Position numbers and translations under genes: made by a program
NCBI RefSeq assembly: GCF_000011325.1
Contig: NC_003450.3
Span: forward strand, 1,890,001-1,922,000
Reading direction: 5' to 3'
Length of the DNA stretch: 32,000 nt
Source: Corynebacterium glutamicum ATCC 13032
Lineage (GTDB): Bacteria > Actinomycetota > Actinomycetes > Mycobacteriales > Mycobacteriaceae
Shown: positions 24,722-32,000 of the stretch, one piece after another
How positions within the stretch are numbered: position 1 is the stretch's first letter
Layout of the letters: each line of letters begins with the position of its first letter
Notes under the pieces: model-generated
The model's input: the letters and a program-made list of their open reading frames with translations, nothing else
Told to the model about the DNA's origin: nothing
Database searches by the model: none

Positions 24722-26233
24722 CTACCGGTTGTCCTCGTAAAACGCATATCCCTCACGTGTTGTCGATTCATCGACAACACGTGCAACAATCGGCAACATT
24801 GGTGGCACGTGCCTATGACCCTTCCAACCGACATTCCTCGGATCATTTCTTGACGGCACCTCGTTCACCGGCACCCCTTCTTCAGAAACCGCCAATCTAG
24901 CAGAATTATGCGTCTTATTATATCTTGGCTGTTCCAGCTTAATATATAAAGCCTCCTTCTCTTTTGCCTCAGCCTGGGTAAAGCAAGATTCAAGATGAAA
25001 TGTAGCCATCGTAGAAAACCACGGCGATACTAGCCTATGATGTGCGTGGTTAATAGACCCTAAGCCGGCATGCTCCCTCAACCGTACAAGAGGGTTTATT
25101 GTCTCCCCGATATACAAAAGCTGACCTTCGCGATCAAACGCCCTATAGATCCAATGTCGATTGACGAAAGATGAATCATCAAATTTCTTAAGAATCTCTG
25201 GATACAATGCCAAAACTTCCTTATAACATTCCACCTTCTGAGTAGCAATGCGCCTATGCTGCTGATAATAATCAGCAATGTTTACGCGTAAAACATCAGG
25301 GTGATTCGTCGCAAGTATCATTTTTCTCGTCATCGGCAAGGGCTCTGGCTCGTCTAGTCCTTCCGAAAACTTATGTAGAGGTGGGCGAAAACGACCATCC
25401 TCCCAATATTGCTCGTGTTCAATTAAAGAGCTGATCGCCTGAGTATCCTCCCACTCAACTGATTCAACAAGCTTTCTAATCCTTGCCTCTGCACCCCACC
25501 ACTCTTGGTCAAGCATTAGACATCTGACCAACTCCTCCATTTCCCGGGAAAGATCTTGTACAGGGCGCCCACGGTGATCCTGTAAGTAGTAATCAGAATC
25601 TTCCAAAGGATTCCAATTTTCAGATACCTCGTCTAAAGCCTGCTGCACCTCTACTTCTTCACGCAGCTCCCCTTGTTCAATAGCTCCCAAAACATCTGTG
25701 ACAACCGCTAGTGCATGGTCGATATAGTATGAATCCGGCTTTGGTATCCAAAACTCAGGAGACCATTGATAGTCACCCCGTTGCCTTGTCACTTCAGCTT
25801 GCAGATACTGCTCCACCTCATCAACATCAGCAGCCGACGGCTGAAAAGGAAGTTCCAGGTTCGTATACCATTCTTGGAGCTCACTAAACTTTAGATTCAG
25901 CTCTTCAAGCCCTTCAAATCCAGTTTCACTAGAAGAAAGATCCTCAAGATCTCGAAGAGCCCAAGAAAAGCTTTCCAAGGATCGCTCAGCGAAGGATATA
26001 TTGCTGATTAGATCGCTAACGAACCAGTAGCTATTCATGTTCTTACCGCTCCACGAGGTCGCGTCAGCTTCTGAATCATAAGCAAAGAAAGACTCAATCA
26101 TGAATTGATCTCGCCAACCATCATCCTTCTTGAGTATTGTATTTTCCCCAGTTACTTCATCAATGAGTAGCGAATATACTACTTCTTTCGCGGTGTTATA
26201 AAGTTCAAACAACCATACAGGTCGATCAATCAC
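24722..26233 (-). CDS. GIY-YIG nuclease-domain protein with a large acidic N-terminal domain of unknown function
   Basis: 503 aa, GTG start with GGAGG RBS. C-terminal WIYRAFDREGQLLYIGETINPLVRLREH ... EAKEKEALYIKLEQPRYNK matches the GIY-(x10)-YIG, R and E..N pattern. The first ~370 aa are W/E/D-rich with no recognised motif. Confidence 0.8.
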   Translation of the reverse strand: MIDRPVWLFELYNTAKEVVYSLLIDEVTGENTILKKDDGWRDQFMIESFFAYDSEADATSWSGKNMNSYWFVSDLISNISFAERSLESFSWALRDLEDLSSSETGFEGLEELNLKFSELQEWYTNLELPFQPSAADVDEVEQYLQAEVTRQRGDYQWSPEFWIPKPDSYYIDHALAVVTDVLGAIEQGELREEVEVQQALDEVSENWNPLEDSDYYLQDHRGRPVQDLSREMEELVRCLMLDQEWWGAEARIRKLVESVEWEDTQAISSLIEHEQYWEDGRFRPPLHKFSEGLDEPEPLPMTRKMILATNHPDVLRVNIADYYQQHRRIATQKVECYKEVLALYPEILKKFDDSSFVNRHWIYRAFDREGQLLYIGETINPLVRLREHAGLGSINHAHHRLVSPWFSTMATFHLESCFTQAEAKEKEALYIKLEQPRYNKTHNSARLAVSEEGVPVNEVPSRNDPRNVGWKGHRHVPPMLPIVARVVDESTTREGYAFYEDNR

Positions 26234-26427
26234 GTTTTACCTCCGTTGAGGTACACAGCCCTATCGAGCGTTCTTCGTTTACAGTAGACCCTTGTAGCTA
26301 TTCCAACACTGAAATTGTCTGATTTTAAGAGGCAGGCAACTAAAAACTTAAAACCTGGAAAAACTCGCTTAAATTGGTTACGCTTCATCTGCCCTACTTA
26401 AAACAGCGGATCAGAAAGCAAAAGATT

Positions 26428-26736
26428 ATGTCCAACCTGCCAACTGAGGTTTACCTATCAAACCAAAATCAAAATGAAACCATCTTAGCCCTCAAAACGT
26501 GGCTATCACCTAGCGTGGCAAAGGTGGAATATGGCGGATCCTCAATTTCTGTGGCAAAGCTACTGGACAATCCCTATGAGGCATTAAACATCGCCCGCCA
26601 TGAAGAACCCAAATCCTGGCAAACGGTCGCAAGAATTCACTTCGATTCTTCTGAAGAGGCCACTGTCATTGTGACAATGAAAGGTTTAGGTGGAACAGAT
26701 CGTATCCGACTCACTATTTCTCAGTCAGAAAGCTAG
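26428..26736 (+). CDS. Hypothetical protein (~102 aa)
   Basis: Plus-strand ORF divergent from the GIY-YIG gene. ATG 26428 (MSNLPTEV) is preferred over the TTG at 26374. No motif recognised. Confidence 0.5.
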   Translation: MSNLPTEVYLSNQNQNETILALKTWLSPSVAKVEYGGSSISVAKLLDNPYEALNIARHEEPKSWQTVARIHFDSSEEATVIVTMKGLGGTDRIRLTISQSES

Positions 26737-26943
26737 CATGCAAATGTAGTTACTAAGCCCGTTCCAATACCATTATGTAGCCCTTTAACTAACTAAGCTG
26801 CAGATTATTGAAATCGGCACTATTTTCAAAACAGGCCTAAATAGCACATATTTTCTATCATCGTGTATCACGTGTCGTACCGAAAGTTTATAATGGGCAT
26901 TGTATCCACCACTGGATATCCGACATAAACAAGGAGGCACCTG

Positions 26944-27168
26944 ATGACCAAGCGAAATATCACTACTGTCCGCACAGAAGACGGATGGGGCAACCGCCGA
27001 GACAATGCGTCCCGGCTATCAAAAAGCTTCGACACCCAATCAGAAGCGATTGCTGCCGCTAAAGTGACTGCTCAGCGAGAAAAGTTGGAGCATCGTATCC
27101 AGGGCCGGGATGGAAAAATCCGTGAAGCCAACTCTTATGGGAATGATCCACACCCACCTAAGGGCTGA
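26944..27168 (+). CDS. DUF2188-like small protein
   Basis: 74 aa. A perfect AAGGAGG lies 7 nt upstream and a TATAAT at 26889..26894. The sequence ...EDGWGNRRDNASRLSKSFDTQSEAIAAAK...GRDGKIREANSYGNDPHPPKG fits the DUF2188 pattern (W..k..ga.r..k.f.tk.eAi..a...a.....g.i....syg.DP.PpkG). Confidence 0.7.
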   Translation: MTKRNITTVRTEDGWGNRRDNASRLSKSFDTQSEAIAAAKVTAQREKLEHRIQGRDGKIREANSYGNDPHPPKG

Positions 27169-27203
27169 GTTTCACAATCCACAATACGTTCCAACCTGCC
27201 CGA

Positions 27204-27255
27204 TTAAAGGCTCAGTGGCCAATCAGCTTAGCTGATTGGCCACTGGAATTGGGGC
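27204..27255. repeat. 52-bp repeat copy A (contains a 15-bp-stem perfect palindrome); also a likely bidirectional terminator between convergent genes
   Basis: ttaaaggctcagtggccaatcagcttagctgattggccactggaattggggc. The stem is cagtggccaatcagc / gctgattggccactg with loop tta. It matches 31290..31341 with 3 mismatches. Confidence 0.9.
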
Positions 27256-27325
27256 AAGCACTAAGTCGTAAGCGAGTACAATGGACAGCACCTAATAAGA
27301 ATTGTAGAAACCGTTGAACGCAGCT

Positions 27326-27640
27326 TTAGCTTGATTGCAGCAGCGTTTCCAAGTCATTCAGGACTTCTTGCGCCCCTTTAGAGCCAACTTCCGAAATCCA
27401 ATAGGAGCTGTCAGCCGGGTACATCTTAGGAAAATTCTTACTTGCTTCGCCCAACATCTCAAGAACTTGAGGATTGTCAATGTCAGGTGAAGCAAAAAAA
27501 TTTTCTATCAACATAAGAGTTTCAGTCGCCTTCTCAGAGAAAGAATTCTTGACGAGGATTCTAGGAATGTCCCTCTGATAGAGAATGGCGACTGAACCGC
27601 TTCGCCTCCATCCACTCATCAGTCTCCCAGTCAAGTACAA
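27326..27640 (-). CDS. Hypothetical ORF, probably the frameshifted C-terminal part of 27561..28208
   Basis: It overlaps the upstream ORF by 80 nt in another frame. Its 'start' is only a TTG picked by the ORF caller. The protein-like sequence begins around ...AILYQRDIPRILVKNSF. Confidence 0.4.
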   Translation of the reverse strand: MYLTGRLMSGWRRSGSVAILYQRDIPRILVKNSFSEKATETLMLIENFFASPDIDNPQVLEMLGEASKNFPKMYPADSSYWISEVGSKGAQEVLNDLETLLQSS

Positions 27641-28208
27641 ACCCTCTCCCCTGCCCCGCCACGGCGTGTCGTATGTTCAACTGATAGCTGCGGTAAGTAT
27701 CCCCGTCCAACTTTGACCACGCGATTCTCGGTCGCTCGACTCCAAGTATTTCCCACGCACGCTCATACACGTCACGGTCAATCGGGGCATGAAGAAACAC
27801 GTAGACTTCTTCCACAGCTGGATGTCCCAGCACAGATAGGTACTTGAGAGTCATATTCAACCACTTCTGCGCATGCCCGTAGTGGAACTGGAATGTCGGT
27901 CTCTCCGGGTGAGGGTTCTCCGCAAAAAAGGCAACTAGATCCTCGCACCAAACCTGGTGCTGCTGGTCGAATTCGTCTTGGGACCTGATACCACCGAAAG
28001 AGTGCACAAAACTGACAATCTTGTCGCAAGACGTGGCCTTCAGCTCCTTAGCTCTAGGGTGTGACCCCATCCCCCAGAGGGTCCGCTGCACATCTCGATA
28101 AGCTGGCCAACATACAGATCTGATGGTCTCGTCACTGTGAGGCGCCGAGGCAACCCTTCTTCCAAAATAGAAAGCAGTGAGTGAGGTGAGCCGACGTTCG
28201 GGATTCAT
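27561..28208 (-). CDS. Hypothetical protein (215 aa as read), GC-richer than its neighbours
   Basis: ATG start with a purine-rich RBS. No family recognised by eye. Spot GC is about 57% against about 42-45% in flanking island genes. Confidence 0.55.
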   Translation of the reverse strand: MNPERRLTSLTAFYFGRRVASAPHSDETIRSVCWPAYRDVQRTLWGMGSHPRAKELKATSCDKIVSFVHSFGGIRSQDEFDQQHQVWCEDLVAFFAENPHPERPTFQFHYGHAQKWLNMTLKYLSVLGHPAVEEVYVFLHAPIDRDVYERAWEILGVERPRIAWSKLDGDTYRSYQLNIRHAVAGQGRGFVLDWETDEWMEAKRFSRHSLSEGHS

Positions 28209-28259
28209 GACTTCACTTTACCCATTTCGGCATCCCATCCCTGGCTGAAACCAAAAGAT

Positions 28260-28685
28260 TCCAAGGTTAGTCAATAACCACCGCTGACGTGTTGATGCAT
28301 CACATTAATGACCGGTCCTATGAGTTCTGGTTTCACTACAGCGACCTTGAGCATTAGGCGCACCTAATTGCATTAATCCCACTGAGGTTGAGATTGTCAC
28401 TAGCAATAGGGGTGTTCTCACGTGCGAGTCGTACAGCGAGTTTACATGCAAAATCTTTGCGTTATCGAGCAATCTTGGCATGAATCTGAGCAACTTTACG
28501 GTGCTGTTTCTTCTAGCTGTCACTTACCTTTTAACGGTGCCTTTCATCAGCCTTTTGCTTACGTGAAAGATCACGTTGCGCACGCTTAAACTGACGAAGC
28601 AGAGATTATAAGTTCACGAGTGCCGTCGGAATCGACAACGGCTGCAAAAGAGTTGAACCCCATATCAAGAGCCGCATGATGATCA
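28260..28685 (-). pseudogene. Decayed IS200/IS605- or IS607-family tnpB (RuvC-like region), 5'-truncated, with stops and a frameshift
   Basis: Minus-strand translation gives ALDMGFNSFAAVVDSDGTRE. After a frameshift it gives LRQFKRAQRDLSRKQKADERHR*KVSDS*KKQHRKVAQIHAKIAR*RKDFACKLAVRLARENTPIASDNLNLSGINAIRCA*. This matches the TnpB consensus (GiDlG...sdG; qR.lsRkqkgS.n..K....la.lH.ki.n.R.DflHKls..lv.en..iv.EdLn..gm). The N-terminal half and the zinc finger are not recognisable. Confidence 0.75.
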
Positions 28686-28699
28686 TTATTATTCAAATC

Positions 28700-29461
28700 T
28701 TAACCGTCTTTTACAGCACCAATAAACTCTTCGCTAGTTACTGTGTTATACAACCAATAGACCCCCTCCGTGTTGGTTGCACCAGCGCAGGCTAATACAG
28801 GCGTATCTCTTGCTAAAGGTGCAGCTAAATGGACATCATCAAAAGTCGGTGAATCAATTTCACTTCTAACAGAGACTGTGGCAGTTAAGAATTGACCTGA
28901 TTTATTTCGTGGAAGCTCTATGTATGGGCTTCCGGAACCTTGTTCTTGCGCTTGGCAAAACACATCTTCCTGATTGAAATAAAACGGATCATGATTAGAA
29001 AGTACTATGTCAAAATCTACCACTGAATATTCAGGTAGATTCTCATCAAATATATAAACTCGACAAGTATCTGACTTCAATTGACTCAAACGAATAGTCG
29101 CTGTTTCTCTAAATCTTTCGCGCTGCAAGTCCCACGAATATCGCAATCTAGCCACGTGAAACACTCCAGCGGAAAGTTCCTTTCCTCTAAACGGGGTGCC
29201 TTTTTTAAAAATATCATTGTGGAAAACAAGACGTTTTATGTCGGTAGGTTTTTTCTCACGTTTTACATGAAAGCGTTGTTCAGCATGCCTCTCAGTTTTA
29301 TCATGCAATGACAAATGAATCGGTTGAGCACCATCGCTATAAGAAGGCGTAATATAAAAATCGGCCTTCTTCGAAGTAAAAAGAAATGGGATACCTAACA
29401 CCCTATCTGTGCCCCCACTAAACGCAATACAAATTTCATCAATAGTATTATGCCGACTCAT
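28700..29461 (-). CDS. Uncharacterised 253-aa protein (island cassette)
   Basis: Clean ORF with ATG start and RBS TAGGGG. No motif recognised. Its C-terminal ~33 aa have a diverged relic copy at 24553..24651. Confidence 0.7.
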   Translation of the reverse strand: MSRHNTIDEICIAFSGGTDRVLGIPFLFTSKKADFYITPSYSDGAQPIHLSLHDKTERHAEQRFHVKREKKPTDIKRLVFHNDIFKKGTPFRGKELSAGVFHVARLRYSWDLQRERFRETATIRLSQLKSDTCRVYIFDENLPEYSVVDFDIVLSNHDPFYFNQEDVFCQAQEQGSGSPYIELPRNKSGQFLTATVSVRSEIDSPTFDDVHLAAPLARDTPVLACAGATNTEGVYWLYNTVTSEEFIGAVKDG

Positions 29462-29642
29462 TTGATGCCCCTAGTTATTGTGACCTTACAGTCAATCAAA
29501 GATATAGTCTGTCGAGCGGTACCGCTTATAAACGCCACGCCAAGCTAGAATTACCATCCCCTAGCCTCAACTACGGAGCAGGACCAGTAGCATTGGTAAA
29601 TCAGTAGTAAACTCGCTCGTTTATAAACTTGTTTGGATTTAC

Positions 29643-30194
29643 TCACACAGGCTCAGATTCTGAGAACTCTCTAATCGCGGAGTCCAAAATACTGTTAGTG
29701 GCCTGTTCTAGCAATGGAAAGTTAATATAAGTAGCTGGGCGCACTTTCTGGCCACTATCAATCATCTCTTTTTGTCGCCAAGCTGAATTGTAAATTTCTC
29801 TCAGCAATTCTTTTATTTCTGAAAGACTTTCTCGGACAATTGGTGCCCAGAGGGACAGATCGAGTTCGTCTACCGCCATTTTAAATTTAACGTAAGTAGA
29901 AAAATCGTTGTCGCTTTGCCCCTCAGCATGTTTAACTAAATCTTCACGAAACTCTGCATCTAACCGATTCATCTCAATTGTATGCTCATGATTCGCTCTT
30001 TCAATAGCATGTAAAAATCTAATAACAGCCAAGCGCTGGCTTTCTCTAAACTCGCTGCGAGCAACCTTCAGGTTTACCTTCGCTTCTTTTCTAAAGTCCA
30101 AGTACCGGTCCACATATTTCAATACAGCTGTGAATACAGCAACAAGCAAACCGCCTGACACCCCTATTAATAAACTTTCTAAATTTATGGGCAA
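29643..30194 (-). CDS. N-terminally membrane-anchored helical protein (183 aa), unknown function
   Basis: TTG start. TM LLIGVSGGLLVAVFTAVL followed by a charged, helix-prone domain (E/R/K/L-rich). Confidence 0.6.
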   Translation of the reverse strand: MPINLESLLIGVSGGLLVAVFTAVLKYVDRYLDFRKEAKVNLKVARSEFRESQRLAVIRFLHAIERANHEHTIEMNRLDAEFREDLVKHAEGQSDNDFSTYVKFKMAVDELDLSLWAPIVRESLSEIKELLREIYNSAWRQKEMIDSGQKVRPATYINFPLLEQATNSILDSAIREFSESEPV

Positions 30195-30343
30195 CGCTGC
30201 TATCTTCTTTTCTCTAATTATGTGGATCAGATCAGTTAATTGTCATAATAGTGTTAATCTCAACCTCAAAGATGATTTCCAGACGCATTGATTGAAATCA
30301 CAAACTCAGTTCCGCTGGATACATCTTCAAAAGTGTTATATGA

Positions 30344-31276
30344 CTACGAAAGAAAATAACGCTCTTTAAACTCCGGCGAACAGGCTTCCATGACACTACT
30401 CATCATTGTTTTATTCTCTTGCCTCTTCGTTTTATTCTTCTCTCGAGCGAGGATTCGCTTCTCCCAGTACGGTTCTGCCTGAAGCATCTTTTGTGGTGAA
30501 AGCTTAAAATTCCCGTGCTCATTAGTCCAAATGAAAGAGTTGGGGGTAAAAATTTCTGAGTTGAACATATAGTTCGCTAAATCTACAGACCAAGAAAACT
30601 CTCGACTTTCAGAAAAATGGTACTGACAAAGACGACCCAAAAGAGCACAAATCCAGTCTGCAAACTGAACAGTTCCGTATAAATGACTGTCCGCCTGAAG
30701 CGGTATATCAACCACTCTGCTCAAATCTTTATCTGCATGGCGGCTAAAAATTGTGCTACCTAAAGTGGACACCGCTCTCGTTCGGTTATCAGCCTCAGTC
30801 GCATCCATGATGACCATAATCTCATCATCCTTTGAGGCACCAATCGACCCAACGCGCTTAATAGTTTGAATCAAACAATGCTTTTCTCGCTCCTGAGTCG
30901 ATTCGCAGCTGATGCTCACTGGACCGAGTGGCTTCTCTTGCCCAAAGAAAAAAACGTTTCCTCTAGATCGCTTAAGCTCTCTCGATATTCGTTTCAAGGC
31001 GGGAATCATTTCACTCCCATACTTATTATAGTTTTTGGTAGTAAGGAGACTCGCCCCTTTCTTTTCCCATCGTCGCGGATGAACATTTGCTGCACGAATT
31101 TCTTCAGCTAAAAGACGCTCTTTAATATGTTCGAAGTAACCACCAAATCGACGAACCTCGACTTCAGGGATGACAAATCCGCCATAGCCAAAAACAGGGT
31201 TTTCATGATACTTTTTATGCTTTGGACTGATATAGGGGCCTACATGCCCAAATTCATCCAAGTATACAATCAACAA
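30344..31276 (-). CDS. DUF3800-like protein
   Basis: N-terminus LIVYLDEFGH fits the (hydrophobic)3-Y-(I/L/V)-DE-(S/F)-G start of the DUF3800 family. The C-terminal LQADSHLYGTVQFADWICALL fits its D/S...QlAD motif. TTG start 8 nt after AAGGAGG. Confidence 0.65.
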   Translation of the reverse strand: MLIVYLDEFGHVGPYISPKHKKYHENPVFGYGGFVIPEVEVRRFGGYFEHIKERLLAEEIRAANVHPRRWEKKGASLLTTKNYNKYGSEMIPALKRISRELKRSRGNVFFFGQEKPLGPVSISCESTQEREKHCLIQTIKRVGSIGASKDDEIMVIMDATEADNRTRAVSTLGSTIFSRHADKDLSRVVDIPLQADSHLYGTVQFADWICALLGRLCQYHFSESREFSWSVDLANYMFNSEIFTPNSFIWTNEHGNFKLSPQKMLQAEPYWEKRILAREKNKTKRQENKTMMSSVMEACSPEFKERYFLS

Positions 31277-31289
31277 AATAAATACCTCC

Positions 31290-31341
31290 TTAAAGGCTCA
31301 GTGGCCAATCAGCTTTGCTGATTGGCCACCGGAATTGGCGC
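31290..31341. repeat. 52-bp repeat copy B, immediately upstream of the DUF3800 gene RBS
   Basis: ttaaaggctcagtggccaatcagctttgctgattggccaccggaattggcgc, with 49/52 identity to copy A in the same orientation. One stem position is changed (cactg to caccg). Confidence 0.9.
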
Positions 31342-31371
31342 GTTACCCGTTTTTCAGAGCCGCCACCGTAC

Positions 31372-31389
31372 TCCTTAATATTAAGGAGA
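31372..31389. promoter_or_regulatory. 18-bp perfect palindrome, candidate operator upstream of the island cassette
   Basis: ctccttaatattaaggag is its own reverse complement. It lies ~95 nt upstream of the DUF3800 start, in the spacer after the upstream terminator. Confidence 0.35.
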
Positions 31390-31495
31390 ATGTTGCACTT
31401 GCGCAACCTCAATTACTGTTGTCGCATCTATCTAGTGCAAAGAATACCCCTTTCCATCACCCCTTTGTCTAAAAAATACAATCAGACAAGAGCTA

Positions 31496-31535
31496 ACACA
31501 ACGACCGCAGAGATCCCTCTCCACGGTCATTGTGT
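31496..31535. terminator. Hairpin directly downstream of gene 31544..31969
   Basis: 12-bp stem acacaacgaccg/cggtcattgtgt (one G.U on the minus strand) with a 16-nt loop. A T4 run follows on the plus side. Confidence 0.45.
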
Positions 31536-31543
31536 TTTACACG

Positions 31544-31969
31544 CTATTTAACGCCTTTATCACCCTTCTCGGTTACGCCACTCCCCTGCTGTGGATCTGC
31601 TTCAGTGCCACCTACACTGTTGCCGTCCATGTTTGCCATGCGACCGCTTACCGCTGCTGAACGCATTGCTGCATTCATCGCCTGGCCGGTCACAGAAGGC
31701 TTCTGACCTCGCTGTGCACGGATACCGTTCTTAGCACTGACACCGCTGCGCTGTGCGCCTCGACCGCCTTGAGTTGCTCCACCACGGCCACCAGAGCGTC
31801 CGCTGCCACCCATCGCGTCGCGAACATTAGCACCCATCTGACCAGGCTGACCGATTCCTCGTACAGCCTGTGATGCCAGTGAGCCAGCAACGTTCGCGCC
31901 CATAATTTGAGCTGATGACGGTGCACGCGTGTTTGCTGTGTGCGCGGTGTTGGCCTGGTTGTTCTGCAC
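31544..31969 (-). CDS. Gly/Ala/Arg/Gln-rich low-complexity protein (backbone-like GC); the start is uncertain
   Basis: 141-aa ORF (GTG start as read) with GGRGGATQGGRGAQRSG-type repeats. A competing frame (31690..31983) overlaps it. The coding call rests on length and on the return to backbone composition. Confidence 0.4.
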   Translation of the reverse strand: MQNNQANTAHTANTRAPSSAQIMGANVAGSLASQAVRGIGQPGQMGANVRDAMGGSGRSGGRGGATQGGRGAQRSGVSAKNGIRAQRGQKPSVTGQAMNAAMRSAAVSGRMANMDGNSVGGTEADPQQGSGVTEKGDKGVK

Positions 31970-32000
31970 AAATGCTTGTGCATGACCAGACTCTTGGTAG

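Noticed and set aside
24649-24900. 83-aa plus-strand ORF
   Set aside because: Its 'start' is a GTG inside the relic frame. The rest runs antisense to the 3' end of the GIY-YIG gene. Only the segment upstream of it (24553..24651) shows real homology, to the 253-aa protein.
28305-28523. 72-aa minus-strand ORF in the 28.2-28.7 kb gap
   Set aside because: It is an off-frame read through the decayed tnpB. The TnpB-like frame next to it explains the region better.
27204-31341. The 52-bp palindromic repeats as integron attC sites
   Set aside because: No intI-like integrase or attI is present in the window. The repeat ends do not show the RYYYAAC/GTTRRRY core sites, and the cassette holds several genes plus an IS relic rather than one promoterless ORF.
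31690-31983. 97-aa alternative-frame ORF overlapping 31544..31969
   Set aside because: It is a competing frame in a GC-rich, low-complexity stretch with no RBS. It was kept only as a caveat on the start and frame of the 141-aa call.
1-32000. CRISPR arrays, tRNA/rRNA genes, an integrase or att sites for the whole element
   Set aside because: I saw no regularly spaced short repeats, no cloverleaf-like or rRNA-like segments, and no tyrosine or serine recombinase motifs in any ORF. Their absence is by eye only.

Overview
Nearly the whole window is a minus-strand conjugative-transfer gene cluster of a plasmid or ICE, of the Gram-positive/actinobacterial type IV secretion kind. Reading right to left it encodes a small 2-TM protein, several single-TM proteins and a lysozyme + NlpC/P60 cell-wall hydrolase. 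It continues with an acidic protein, a degenerate relaxase-domain paralogue and a MOBP-like relaxase. Next come a protein ending in the actinobacterial SSB tip ...EPPF, a Gly-rich protein, membrane proteins and a short two-ring Clp/Hsp100-like AAA+ ATPase. It ends with a tail-anchored coiled-coil protein and a VirD4/TraG-type coupling protein (T4CP). Two things stand out. (1) The T4CP gene is cut directly after its Walker A box by a ~1.67 kb insert (1723..3390). The insert has the hallmarks of a group I intron carrying a free-standing PD-(D/E)XK-type homing-endonuclease ORF. The same gene stops prematurely again at the left window edge. (2) A ~7 kb lower-GC, mosaic accessory island (about 24.4-31.5 kb) sits inside the transfer cluster. 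It holds a GIY-YIG protein with a large unknown N-terminal domain and a DUF2188-like protein. It also holds a 4.1 kb cassette bracketed by 52-bp direct repeats, each with a 15-bp-stem palindrome. That cassette carries a DUF3800-like protein, a TM/helical protein, an uncharacterised 253-aa protein, a decayed tnpB and a probably frameshifted gene. An inverted relic of a paralogue of the 253-aa gene lies at the island's left edge. I saw no rRNA, tRNA or CRISPR array. All family calls come from reading motifs by eye; no searches or folding programs were run.
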